Positions 1 through 13,452 of a DNA stretch of 64,000 nt are shown here, in pieces (the first letter of the stretch is position 1; each line of letters starts with the position of its first letter). Below the pieces are notes generated by a model. That model was not told the origin of the DNA, searched no databases, and saw only the letters and a program-made list of their open reading frames with translations. The translations under genes and the position numbers were made by a program. The DNA comes from Phoronis australis (Eukaryota; Animalia; Phoronida), in assembly GCA_002633005.1 (NCBI GenBank), contig NMRA01000012.1, positions 1,196,564 through 1,260,563 of the forward strand, in the 5' to 3' direction.

Positions 1-3000
1 CCTCGGTCAGGACAAAAATCGCGATGGTTAAACTTTCGCATCAATTTGTTGCTCATAGAAAATTGTCAAGACCTCTGACCAATAAAAATTGGGTGCTGGC
101 TTTTAGGTTACACTTTGTGTTTGCCATTGAGCATTGTGCCCCCATGACTTTTACCGAAAAACACTGTAGCAAAACTTTTATCACATCTAAGAAACAACAT
201 ACTTTGTACAGGGTGCTCAATTTCTCTACTGTTGTTGATTACGAGTATGGAGGTAGTCATGACATAAGTGTCCCACGTGACAACAGAGAATGCATGCACT
301 TTTATAGGAGAGACAGTTGTTTCACTGGCCCCAACGACTGCATTCCGAGGGCATCATTGCTAATGGCTTACCCTTCCTGACTATTAAGTCAGGAATTGCT
401 TTTGTAAATTCTGTTTTGTACACATGGAAAGTAAATGTCACATTTGGTATACATTAATTATCTGTGAAAAATCTTGAGAAAGTTTTTTTTTCTCTCAACT
501 ATATTGTTGGCTTACACTTTCAAGTTTGTTGTTTTTCAGACATTTCAATTTTCCAATATTCGAATCGACAGTCCTGTTGTAATGGTGGTGAACAGGCGGA
601 AGTGGGGAGTAGACAAACAAGCGCCATCTGTCCTGGAAACGAGAGCCGTAAGCGAATGATGTCATTACAAAAGCATAACTTCTGTGTAACCTTTTTTGTT
701 GTCTTTCATCATTGTGAAAATGAGGTACATTTGAGGCATGAATGTTCAGATGTCATAATGGTAATGATAACAGGGAATGGAATTTTTGTAAACTGAAGGT
801 TTTAAAAAATCCTTAGTTTTCCTAGAAAATGCAAAATGTGTATGTTAAGCCCAAAATAGCGTATTAAATTAGTTCTGGTCTTTGCCAGCTCATTTTGAAA
901 CTTGCACCACACAGATGGCACCAGGTGATGCTGGGTTAAATAAAGATCCAGGCCCATCTCAGCTGGAATCCGGTGACTTTCTTTTTGTAAACATGGGTAA
1001 CTAAAGAAAATATCACATCACTGCAGCAGTTTTCTAAATAGACCAGATTTGTTTTTTTTTGGCTTATTAGTTGTTGCACCTAAAAAAATACTCTTTTGAA
1101 GGGTACTTTATTTTCATAAGTAAATAAACACGTTTCAGAAACTATATTTTTGTTTTAGTATCATTTATTTTGTTCTGCAATGGTTTTAATAAATAGAGAG
1201 CAGAAAAAAACATGGTGTATGCGCTCACAAACGTAGTTCTTCACTTACTAGCACAGCTTACACACCCAAAAAGTAGTCCACCAACTTACTAACTACTCCC
1301 TTACTGACAAACACAGTGCAGGACTATCCAACTCTGTGCTATGCAGTTGGTGAGCTATATTTTCATTTGGCAACTGTTTTTGGTGCGTAAGCCAGGTTTT
1401 GTGAGTACGACTTGTGTTAGGTGGTCTGTGAGCTATGTTTTTAAATTGGTGAACTGAGTTTACTGGGGCTGTGAAGATCTCTGTGTGACAAACATAGTGT
1501 TTCCACCTTTTGAAATAGACATGTGTGAATAAAGAATTGTATTGTTTTCTACGAATGAATGAAATATAGAATATTTTATGTAATACCTTGAGTGTTATAA
1601 TTTATTTTAATCAATCGATCAGTCCTGCATTGAACTCTACTCTTTTGCAGAGGTGGAAAAATGCATTGCATCACTGGTATACTTTTCAAAATGTAATGTG
1701 CTCCTGAATTGACTAACAAAAGAAAACGATATATTGCTCATCAAGCACTGATATTTGCCTTTCTTGACCATTCCTGGTGTCAACATTGCAAAATGCAGTA
1801 ATAGAAGTTTGCCTACATTACAAACATGAATTACATAATAAGTTAGATGTAACATAGTGACTAGCACATCTGTAGGTGAAGAAGCAGGACAAGTATTTGA
1901 CACATGTTGCTCTGTGAGTAAATACTTTAGAATGAAAGTGATGCCAAGATGTTTCAGAACATGACAAAATAACCTATTGAAGGAAGTTGACAATATACTA
2001 TATATTATTAGTTTTACTGCAGTTTAACATGTTTCCTACAGCTAAACCAAGTTACACAGTGGTTGGTTTAGAATGTTGGGTTGTTAATACCATTCCAGTC
2101 CCAAAGTCCCAAGTCTATCGTACTGTACTAATTTGGTTACAACGAACTTCGGTNAGCCAGGGCACAGGATACGATTTTCCATCACCAAGAATGACGCTGA
2201 TTAAGTATTCATCACAGCTAAATCACAGGTTGTCAGGAAATATCAAGTATGTTTGATCGAAAGATATCTGGTCATGCTTTTTCTTATCATGTGCTGATTA
2301 ACTGTTGTAACTGAGTTTAAAATCGACAAAAGGGTCAAAGGGTTGTGACGCAAAAATGAAGTCTTCATTCGGAATGTCATATCTCAGAATCGAAGCCACT
2401 GTGAGGCACCTCAGTCATGACAAAAATCGCGATGGTTAAACTTTCGCGTCAATTTGTTGCTCATAAAAAATTGTCAAAACCTCCGACCAATAAAAATTGT
2501 ATCATGTGTGCTGGCTTTTAGGCAGCACTTTGTGTTTACCATAAAGCTTTGTGCCCCCAATGACTTTTACTAAAAAAAACACTTTGTAGCAAAACTTTTA
2601 TCACATCTGAGACACCACATACTTTGTGCAGGACACTCGATTTCTCTACTGTTGTTGATTACCAGTATGGAGGTATTCATGACATAAGGGTCCCACGTGA
2701 CAACAGAGAATGCATGCATTTTTACAGGAGAAAGAGTTGTTTCACTGGCCCCAACTACTACATTTTGAGGGCATCATTGCTAATGGCTTACAGGAATTGC
2801 TTTTGGAAATTCTACTTTGTACACATGGAATACAAATGTCATATTTGGTATACATAAATTCTCACAGTGAAAAATCTCGAGAAAGTTGGCTTTTTTTCTC
2901 ACAACTATATTGTTGGCTTACACTTTCAAGTTTGTTGTTTTTCAGACATTTCAATTTTCCAATATTCGAATTGACAGTCCTGTTGTAATGGTGGTGAACA

Positions 3001-4555
3001 GGCGGAAGTGGGGAGTAGACAAACAAGCGCCATCTGTCCTGGAAACGAGAGCCGTAAGCGAATGATGTCATTACAAAAGCATAACTTCTGTGTAACCTTT
3101 TTGTTGTTTTTCATCGTTGTGAAAATGAGATACATTTGAAACATGAATGTTCAGATGTCATAATGGTAATGATAACAGCGAATGAAATTTTTGTAAACTG
3201 TAAGGTTTTAAAAAATCCTTATTTTTCCTAGAAAATGCAAAATGTGTACGTTAAGCCCAAAATAGCATAATTAGTTCTGGTCTTTGCTCTTGACAGCTCA
3301 TTTTGAAACTTGCACCACAGATGGCGCCAGGTGATGCTGGGTTAAATTAGGATCCAGGCCCATTTCAGCTGGAATCCGGCGACTTTCTTTTTGAAAACAT
3401 GGGTAACTAAAGAAAATATCACATCACTGCAGCAGTTTTCTAAATAGACCAGATTTGTTTTCTTTGGGTTATTAGTTATTGCACCTAAAATACTCTTTTG
3501 AAGGGTACTTTATTTTCAAAAGTAAATAAACACGTTTCAGAAACTATATTTTTGTTTTAGTATCATTTATTTTGTTCTGCAATGGTTTTAATAAATAGAG
3601 AGCAGAAAAAAACATGGTGTATGCGCTCACAAACGTAGTTCTTCACTTACTAGCACAGCTTACACACCCAAAAAGTAGTCCACCAACTTACTAACTACTC
3701 CCTTACTGACAAACACAGTGCAGGACTATCCAACTCTGTGCTATGCAGTTGGTGAGCTATATTTTCATTTGGCAACTGTTTTTGGTGCGTAAGCCAGGTT
3801 TTGTGAGTACGACTTGTGTTAGGTGGTCTGTGAGCTATGTTTTTAAATTGGTGAACTGAGTTTACTGGGGCTGTGAAGATCTCTGTGTGACAAACATAGT
3901 GTTTCCACCTTTTGAAATAGACATGTGTGAATAAAGAATTGTATTGTTTTCTACGAATGAATGAAATATAGAATATTTTATGTAATACCTTGAGTGTTAT
4001 AATTTATTTTAATCAATCGATCAGTCCTGCATTGAACTCTACTCTTTTGCAGAGGTGGAAAAATGCATTGCATCACTGGTATACTTTTCAAAATGTAATG
4101 TGCTCCTGAATTGACTAACAAAAGAAAACGATATATTGCTCATCAAGCACTGATATTTGCCTTTCTTGACCATTCCTGGTGTCAACATTGCAAAATGCAG
4201 TAATAGAAGTTTGCCTACATTACAAACATGAATTACATAATAAGTTAGATGTAACATAGTGACTAGCACATCTGTAGGTGAAGAAGCAGGACAAGTATTT
4301 GACACATGTTGCTCTGTGAGTAAATACTTTAGAATGAAAGTGATGCCAAGATGTTTCAGAACATGACAAAATAACCTATTGAAGGAAGTTGACAATATAC
4401 TATATATTATTAGTTTTACTGCAGTTTAACATGTTTCCTACAGCTAAACCAAGTTACACAGTGGTTGGTTTAGAATGTTGGGTTGTTAATACCATTCCAG
4501 TCCCAAAGTCCCAAGTCTATCGTACTGTACTAATTTGGTTACAACGAACTTCGGT
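1..4555. repeat. ~2.15-kb tandem duplication (1-2153 vs 2409-4555) with a single N at 2154; probable haplotype/contig-overlap artefact
   Basis: 1121-2153 appears identical to 3523-4555 (offset 2402; the same 118-aa ORF occurs at 1637 and 4039). 1-1120 vs 2409-3522 differ by SNPs and indels. Identity stops exactly at the N. Confidence 0.9.
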
Positions 4556-5264
4556 TAAAAACAAACATTTTTAGAAAAGTTCTAGGAACCATTCCAGGTT
4601 TCACCCATCTGACACGGAGGACTTGTTGAAAATCATTGCTCATAAAACTTTGGTCGTCAAACTCCTTGATTGCCCATCCATCATTAACTGTCAGTCCAAG
4701 TACACAATTACTCTGAGCTAACCCGCGCATGTCATTCTGCTCTGTTAAAATTATTTTTCCAACCAACTTTGATATGCTTTTAAGCGTAACTCCCAGACGG
4801 CTCAAGTTACACCTCTGAAATTTTGCATGTGCCTCTGGACAGTTTACAAATTTTTAATTTTTACCCATAATACATACCAAAGAGGCCACATTGAAATTTA
4901 ATGCTAGAGTAAGTGTGAAGTATAATCTATATTAGGGCTACAAGTGACCTCGTTTAACTTGTCTCTTAACTCAACTTTCTTTGGCCCTGATACATTCCTT
5001 ACACCTAAAAGTTCATGGTGAAGTTGTCGTTCGTAAGTACTTTTCATGTCAAGGACATCAATTTTTTAAAATGTTCTAACTGCTCCATCAGTTTTGAAGC
5101 TAGGCCTTTTAAATCAGCATAACAGTGTGACATAGCAATTGTACACATTACTCACAAGCATGCTCACAGTCTACCAGGGAAATGACATTGCAGTTTTTAA
5201 ATAAAATTGTACATTAATTTTTTACAATATTTACAAAACTCTATCACTAAGACGAAAGTCAGAC

Positions 5265-8200
5265 TCATTTCTTCTTCTTCCCTATCTGTTTTGGTCTCGG
5301 TTTTGTCGGATCGTACGAGTACGTCTTCTGTATGGGGGCAGCACCAGCTTGTTTGAAGCGTATTGCCTCCAGTTTCTGACGCTGTTCCATTCTATGCACG
5401 GTCTTACTATTATCCCAGGCTGGAACATAAACAGAAGATAATCAGACAAGAACAGCAGACAACAAACATGAACAGCAGACGTCAAACAAGAACAGCAGAT
5501 GACAAAGAAGAACAGCAGATGACAAACATGAACAGCAGACGTCAAACATGAACAGCAGCCCCTCATGCAAAAGAGTATCAATTTAAATACAACTCCTAAC
5601 AATATTTTGGAGAACATTGAATAAAGCATAATTATGAAACTTTTATAAGAATCTGGTTCACCATTTCCGAGATATGTCATTCCAAAGTTAGCCAAATTTG
5701 AACATTTTTCTAGGGTTCTACATGACATATAACTTTTTTCAATAGCACCATTTTAAAAAATATTTATAGCTAAATAACGAACAGTACACATTAAATGAAA
5801 GAAACACAGAAGATAAACCACATTCCCACACACATACATCCATCATTTGTCAATGAGGTGTTGAACATTATTTGGCCAGAGAAAACATCTTGCGGTCTAC
5901 ACCAAGAATTTTCAAATTTTCCTTCAAGGCCGTTCTTAACATCGTAAGTAAAAATTTTTTGACGATTTTTGATTAGCAAAGTCTGCGCGTGGCCAACACC
6001 ACACACAACCACAGTGTTGGATAACGCCAAATCTACCCACCATCCTTAAAGCCTTCTGTGAAGCCTTTTGTCTTTGCCTGAAAAGCTTGGTCGTGTTTTA
6101 CTCTCACCGGGATCTTGAAGTATGTTCGCACAGATGGGATTTTCAAAAGTGACACTTGCAGTAGTGAAAAGAAGTTTGATGCAAACCAATAGGTGCACAG
6201 CGCCTACAATGATGTCAAATGTCTTTGAGCAAGATGTGAAATATACGACAATAAGACAACAGAATAGCGGCCAAAAAAGCTGTAAGTGGGCAAATGAAGT
6301 TAAAAGAATTTTTAGTAAACATTATTTTGCGTTACTGTTACTTGAAAGTAAGTAATCACAATCAAACAAAAACAAAAAGTAAAGAAAATTTGAATAAGGG
6401 AAGCAAGCAAAACAATAATTATTAAGTTGTTCACTCAAAGCAGATTTCAAATTTCTTGTCTAAAAAACAAAGGTCAAAGTACATTCAAAAGAGGATGTTG
6501 TGGAAACCATGTGATGAAGGTTCATATTTTGATTGATACTTACGGCTGGAAACTGGCTGATGACAGGGAACATAAGTATGGGCAGACCTCTCATCACCCA
6601 CTTCATTACATGACCCATCTGTTGGGTGGCCACACCATCAACACCCACCTATAGGTGCCAAAGAAACACATGACAACAAGTATGATAATAACTCATGACA
6701 GCAACGCATGACAACAGGAATCACAACACACAGCAAAATGTGCCATGGTAGCACTGTTTAGCAGGGCACACTGATGTCACTAGTTACACATGACAAACAG
6801 TGTCACAGTGAGCTGCTCAAATACATGCATAATGAGAACTGTTAACAAAAATTTTTGCACAAACGAGTAGTAATATGCTGTACACATGTACATTGTTCAG
6901 AAACAAAGAAATCAAACAATTCAACTTGATAAAAAATTATGAGCTTAAATGATACGTCCATTGAATGAACAGCTCCATGAAAAAACTACATTTATATCCA
7001 TAAAACTGCTATAAAACCTCCTTTCGTCAAAAAGTATAGACCTCTTATTATTATGAACCTAGTCTCCGCATGTTGCTTACTTACATACATCAGAGGTGAT
7101 TTCTAAGTACGGGAAGAGCTCAAACTTCTTTATTGCACAAAAAAACAACATATTAACTTGTCCCAGCATGTCATTTTGTACGCCAAGGATGTCTTACACA
7201 ATTTTTGTCAATTTTACCAAGTTCAGAGATCATTTACCGTGTGGACACAGAACAAATTAAGACCAGTTTTATAGCGGTAATTATTCTGAACAGAAAGTTA
7301 TAATTTCTTTGACGGAAGGCAGACTTATAGCTGCAGTAGTTTCAATTGTTTGTACAAAGTAATCAACCATTGTATATGGAAAAATGAGAATTTTGGTAAT
7401 CATTATTGTGCGAAATAAGTGGAGATTTACTGTATTACTCCTTCATAGAGTACATTAGATACTGACAGTGACGCATATACCCACCTCAACAGTCATGAGG
7501 AACGTAGCTGCGGTCAAGATGGGCAGAGCGTAGAGAGGGTCAGCAATGGTGAGGTCAGTAAACCAGTACAGGCCACCAGTCTGCATACTAACCACAGGTA
7601 GGTTAGCCATCTTACGCACACCAATAAATACTGAGAGGAAAACGGGGATCTGCAAGATAGAACAACAACCTTAAGGACTGGAAGAACTGAAGGCTTGGGG
7701 GTAGTCCCCTAACAACTCGACTCGATTCCCCAACAATTTTTTATAGTGATAAACATGAGCTTAAATCTCACCTCACTGCACGAGACAACTAGGTAAAGGA
7801 GCGAACATGAGCTTCTCCGAAGATAATTACAGACATTTTCAGATATAACTCTTCATGATAAGTAGTGAAGGTCAACACAATGCATACCTGTGCTAAAGGA
7901 GTCAGGAAGTTCCTAAATGGCTTCAGATCGTACCTCTTCATGTATTCCATGAGATCTTGACCTGCTTTGGCAGCTGCAACAGTTCAAAGAATACATGAAT
8001 GCAACACTATAATAACGACTATTCATATTCTTGGTCACACTCAAGTTAAAACCACCATTTACATTGTTTTGACAAGTGACTACATTGTCAGCCCAATTAA
8101 ACTTTCCTGTATAGCAGTGCATATCACAACATGAATTCAATATCCCAAAAACAAGAAAAAAGTAGAAAAGCGACTTTAACTGAAAGTTTCTTAGCTCCAC

Positions 8201-11200
8201 GGACATAAGCGAGACGTATGAACGTACCCAGCACCAGTGTGTACTGTCCACTAACATGCGAGTTTCTTGTACCAGCTTGTGCCACAACCACCAACAAAAT
8301 GCTTCGCCATTCTTTATTAGAACATAAATCACGGGAAAACGAACAGCAACATCTGACGACTTTTCATTAAACATAATGGCGGATGACCAATGCTACGATT
8401 GGTTTTCCCAATTCTATGTAGTATGTATCGACCAAATTGCAATCAATGCTCATAACTCGAGATCAGCCAATTTTTTAAACACATCGTCAGGTAGTGTTTG
8501 CAGGTGTTCTAATGTGACAGCTTATCAAAAGGTGAGGTTTGTTGTGTTTTTGATACAAAATCGATGATTTTAGACTCTTTAAAATGAGTTGAGGCGCAGA
8601 CTAAAGCCACCTACACTTTTTATGCCCTAACTTTATGAGGAATATGTATACAAGGTAACTTGTGTTCAAACTTGATGTAAATACATTCAGACTCACTGGG
8701 AAAAATGGGATCATTGAAATATACTTGAACCCTGTGCTGAGTCCAGCATACTAAAACACAGCAACTTTATCCTGACCCACCTTCTAAAGGGTTGCCACTT
8801 GCCCTGGCATCTGTGAACTTTTGTTGTAACCTTGTCATCGTTGGCATGTGATTTGACATATGGGCGGCATTCCTCTGTGATTTGATGACAAGGGGAAACA
8901 TGGCAAGTCGTAATACGACCGTTCCTGAAAGTATAATGTTTATAATGGGAGACTAGATATTCACTACATCGTGTTAATCAATGTATTAAGAGCAGAAACG
9001 AATTCAGTAGCATTGGGGTATTTGTGGTCTAAGGGATCCATAATACTACATAAATATGGCATTTATACATTATTTAATATAATATATACCTACCTGCCAC
9101 GATGGCACTCCACCATGGCAACCCCATCCCGACATGCAGTGCCTCTAGCCCCCACTGTACAAAGCCAGCTGGCGTCCACGCAGCCAGGCCAAGGGAGCTG
9201 AGTGTTGGCTCCCCCAGGGCATTCAGAGTCTCTATAACTGGGGTGGGGTCTGGTATACTAGGCGGCTCTGGTATGAAATTTGTGATGTCGACGCCCGAAG
9301 CTTTCAACTCTGCTATTGTAGGTTCAATCTAAAAGATGACAAAAACATGACTGCCACACACAATATTAATTCAATGCGATAAGCTGGTTAAGGCTTATTT
9401 GATTTTGTCCCTTTGATAAATGATAGACAGCTGTTATTGGACGGCAAAAATAATAACTTCTGTAATTTGTAAAAAACTATGTACTGCAGTTAAATAAATC
9501 AATCTTTTGGAACTTTTAAAAGCTGCATTTAATCATTAATTTGGCTTGAAAATATGAAACTTCCTTAAATCAAGTTCTGGCGCAATGAATCATTCCATTA
9601 TCCTTAAATGAAGTACAGGTGAACAAAAGTACGACTGTGTGTTGGTGGTTTCGACCACAGGTTGTGGTGCTTAGCGTCTAGTGTGGTAGTGTAGTTAGTA
9701 GTAGTATCTAGCTCTGCTTAGTGTCTAGTGTGGTAGTGTAGTTAGTAGTAGTATCTAGCTCTGCTTAGCGTCTAGTGTGGTAGTGTAGTTAGTAGTAGTA
9801 TCTAGCTCTGCTTAGCGTCTAGTGTGGTAGTGTAGTTAGTAGTAGTATCTAGCTCTGCTTAGCGTCTAGTGTGGTAGTGTAGTTAGTAGTAGTATCTAGC
9901 TCTGCTTAGCGTCTAGTGTGGTAGTGTAGTTAGTAGTAGTATCTAGCTCTGCTTAGCGTCTAGTGTGGTAGTGTAGTTAGTAGTAGTATCTAGCTCTGCT
10001 TAGCGTCTAGNTGGGTGTTTAGCCAAACATCAACAAAACTATAGATTTAAACTCAGTAAAAGTACATATTTTTCTGAAAGTACAAAGCCTGGTGATTGGC
10101 TTCATACACATCAGCTAGTGACTGAGTTACGTGACCATGTGTATTTAGTAAAATGTAGCAAAAAAGAAAGGTACGTCACCAGCAAAACAACTGTATCAAT
10201 TACACGACTAAATTCCACTTGATAGAGTTTATGTGTTTAAGATGAAATTTCGAACACATTGTTACAGTTTCCTAAATTATCACTTCGTTTTTGCTAATAT
10301 ATGGAACTTAAGATTTTCATAAAAATAAAAGACCTATTTTTGACAGTGCACCATGCAAAAGTGGTACATTTTAAAACTAATTCCTAACAGCATTACGGGA
10401 CACAGTGCATTAATCATGGTGTCTGAAAGTTTCATACGAATCCCATCAGCCATTTCTGAGATACAACATTCCCAATTTTGCCAAATTTGGACATTTTTCA
10501 AGGGTCCAACATGGTCAGTGCTGTAATACAGTTTGGCAGCACATTGTCTAAGAGAGCAATGGATACTTACATTATTCACGGTACTGTTGTGTCTGACAGG
10601 GACGGCACTACATAAGACAACATTTCTCTGGAGCTTGAGAGATTTCAGTCTGTTCTGAACACAGGCTACTTGAACTCGACCATTGAAACTATGAAATCCA
10701 TTAGCCAACACCAACTGTAAAAGAAAGATCACTGTCCTAAAAGTGATAAAAGTTTAAGTGAATTGCAAAATGATGTCAACAGTCAATCACAAGGAAGGTC
10801 TTGTCAAGTATTCAGTCTTGGTAACAAAATCATTAAAATTCAAGATTCGGTTGCATAAAAGCATATGCTGAATAACAATAAACAGGCCACACTGTTGCAT
10901 TGCTAATACTGAACACTGCTTTTGAAGTCATGTAATAATCAAATTTGACCAGCACATACGTTAAGTTCAATGCAATCCAGGCCTGGTTCATGTTTAAGGA
11001 ATCAGAATTTTTTCTTGTGGTGGCACGCACTGCAAGTTAACCAGCTCACTCTAATTGGTTTCATGCCTGATTAGGACCTGCGCAGCGTAAACCACAGACA
11101 TAGATACACGTGGACACAGAATCAGAGTACCCACAACTTTCCTGAGGAATTCGCAACCTGAGCAACATTAGAAAAAAACACATCTTTATGTCAGAGAAGT

Positions 11201-13251
11201 GTTCACCCTTTCCTCTTTCTGATGATGTCCATTACAAACAATGCAATAGGGAACTTTTCATATTGACACTCTTTAGCGTAAAGAGAGCACAAAAGTGAAT
11301 TGCGATTGATCCCGACTCAGACTTGGTGGACAGAAATTCAATTACTTCATAGTGGTTCATTGATTTAAAAGCAGAGGAATAAATTCCACGTCAGACCCAC
11401 CCATTGTTTGCTTAATTTAAATTCATTAATTTGTTTTAGCTTTCCAACACCAGCTGGGATAGAAAGTCTCCCGGTTTATCAGCCGTAGCCACTGGCTTTG
11501 TTGCTGATATTTCTTTGCACTTGGAAATGCATGGAACAAGATGACCTTGTTCATCCATTGCTATTTCAAAAGTTTGCTTTTTCATAAGACACAAGTACAT
11601 TTCATCTCAGAGCAGTGGAAATTATAATGGCAGGAAAGGTGTTAAAACACTTTTTATACCAGTAAGTTAAAACCTCCTGTCCGCATTACAGGGGGATCTG
11701 TAGGCAACGCTGAATGCTTGTCTACCAAAGACCTGATTGCCGTCTGGCAGGTAAATTAAATTCAATAATGGTGAAGCTATTTTGAAATACACCTATTGTG
11801 ACTGAAGGTCTAAAAAATTCAATTAACATACATTATACTCGTGCCATTTTTGCGCACTGGCAACTTCTTTACCTTTGGATTTGGCTGTTAAATGGCCATT
11901 ACTGAACTTATTTTAAGTAACGATATTTACATAAAACTGCTAAATTCGACAATAGTCAGATAGTGGGTTCCTAATTAAAAGTGATTTGAGAACCAGTTAA
12001 TCCCACTCAATAATGCTTGCAATTCAATGGCATTAACTGCTTGCAATCCTGAGTAATGGGAGTTTATTGTGGTCTGTTTTATACCTCTACTACTGCATAT
12101 GTCATAAAACAGGAATAAAGATGCTCTGGAAGTCTGGCGAAGTTCACAACCTCGCCACTACGTGACACGCATGATTACCTGCTGGTTGACTTTCAATCTG
12201 GGCCAAACAATTCATCTATGATCCCGATCGAAGGTCAAGCAACAGCCAATCACAGTGATGGACAGTTGTACCGTGTAGCAGCGAGACTGCGACCTCGCCA
12301 GGCTTTCTGCGCTTCTATATCTGCCGTCTAGCGTATCTATTTTCCTGTATAACTTGGATCTATCCTCTTCCTTGAGTTAACTAAATTATTTATTGGTGTT
12401 GGAAGAATTGAAGTTCTACCGTTATACTGTGACTAAAATTATGGTAGGATCTTTTGCATCGGCTTTCGGCACCATGAAATAATTTTTGCTTCACCTGCTG
12501 GCCAGTTTATTTTTTCGGTGATTCTTCGATCAACTGTTGTTCTTTCACAAGATTGCGTACATGTCACAACAAATTATCGGAATCAGTTTCACTTTATTAT
12601 TAGCTTTTAGAACTGTGATACCAGCAAACTTTATGGCTGCTGCTAAGCTGTCATCATCTCCCGAGAGAAGTAGCAAAAATTTAGGTAATGGCACATGCGC
12701 ACGTCACCAGCGTACTGTTTTCAAAACAACATACCTTTCTTTGTTACAAAAGGTAGAGAACTGCACACAAAATGACATTTATTAGTTAATTATTAAACGG
12801 ATGTAATGGGAAAGGTGAGTGTCGGTTGCATGTAAACCCCCCCATCTTTAACTCTACATGTTGATACAAGTAAGTTTCACAGCGAGGTGACAAGCAGAAC
12901 TACCCGCGCTGTGTGCAATTTCGAGGTCTGTCGAAAGTGAACACACAGTGGTACCTACAGTAGCTGTATTTTGACGACAGTCTTCATACAGCTAGCTGCG
13001 CTGGCTAGATCCAAGACCAAAAGACTTAAAGAGGCAAGACCAACAACAAGTGACAAGTCAATGACGTAAACTCCTCAATCAGTCAATTTCATCACCACCA
13101 TTCACGTTCTGATTCAAGTAACTATTTTTTACTACTCTGAATCCTAGAGCGTGAAATCCAACTTTTACAGCTATTACTAAAATACATTTACCAACTGTGC
13201 GTGTGATCCTCTTGAACCTAGAATTTTCACATGTCTCATGAAGGTCGCCAT
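5265..13251 (-). CDS. OXA1L: Mitochondrial inner-membrane insertase OXA1L (YidC/Oxa1 family), 9 coding exons, 418 aa
   Basis: Exons (-): 13192-13251, 10571-10714, 9094-9328, 8781-8924, 7888-7973, 7485-7649, 6544-6648, 6041-6203, 5265-5419. All introns are GT-AG with consistent phases. Motifs: basic presequence MATFMRHVKILGSRG, LGLAAWTPAGFVQ, GLPWWSAIVAGTVVLR, GGLYWFTDLTIADP, YWFASNFFSLLQ and a basic C-terminal tail. Confidence 0.95.
5447..5558. repeat. 20-bp minisatellite (GAACAGCAGAnnnCAAACAW), about 5.5 copies, in the last OXA1L intron
   Basis: The GAACAGCAG core recurs every 20 bp. Confidence 0.85.
9669..10010. repeat. 47-bp tandem repeat, about 7 copies, truncated by the N at 10011 (OXA1L intron 2)
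   Basis: Unit GCTTAGCGTCTAGTGTGGTAGTGTAGTTAGTAGTAGTATCTAGCTCT; copies are near-identical and have no spacers. Confidence 0.95.
10020..10510. mobile_element. Interspersed repeat family C (non-autonomous). Further copies at ~49890-50450, partial at ~5580-5720, and inverted at ~52320-52450
   Basis: Shared CAAAACTATAGATTT start and a shared GCCARATTTGRACAnTTTTCnAGGGT end. Boundaries approximate. Confidence 0.6.
12330..13000. mobile_element. Interspersed repeat family A. Further copies at ~15310-15555 (same orientation), ~28670-29400 and ~30240-30730 (inverted)
   Basis: Shared blocks TAGCTGTATTTTGAC...CAGCTAGCTG, GGTGAGTGTCGGTTG and GGTAGTTCTGCTCGTC (reverse complement). Boundaries approximate. 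Confidence 0.7.
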
Positions 13252-13452
13252 TCTCACTATTTTTCAAACAGTTGCTTTAGTTTCGAACAAATTATTTTGT
13301 ATAGCTCCTTTATTACTAATTCTTATATACTATAAATACACTAATTTAATTTATGAGATAAAAAATTTGGCAGTTTATGTCAAATATATTTCAATAATGT
13401 AAAATCATTTACAAAATGATTGCGAAGTAAGAATTTGAAATGGCAAACTAAA
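13252..13452. promoter_or_regulatory. Compact bidirectional promoter between OXA1L and SLC7A6OS
   Basis: Only 201 bp separate the divergent start codons (13251 on -, 13453 on +). The core is AT-rich. Confidence 0.75.

Noticed and set aside
1637-4395. Duplicated 118-aa ORF (1637-1993 and 4039-4395)
   Set aside because: No recognisable domain, non-ATG start and UTR-like composition; it appears twice only because of the duplication.
4539-4814. 88-aa ORF behind an acceptor-like TTTCAG, as an alternative OXA1L last exon
   Set aside because: The phase is incompatible with exon 8 (it would stop after two codons) and no homology was recognised.
9669-10010. Regular 47-bp array as a possible CRISPR
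   Set aside because: Units are contiguous and identical with no unique spacers, there are no cas genes, and it lies in a eukaryotic intron.
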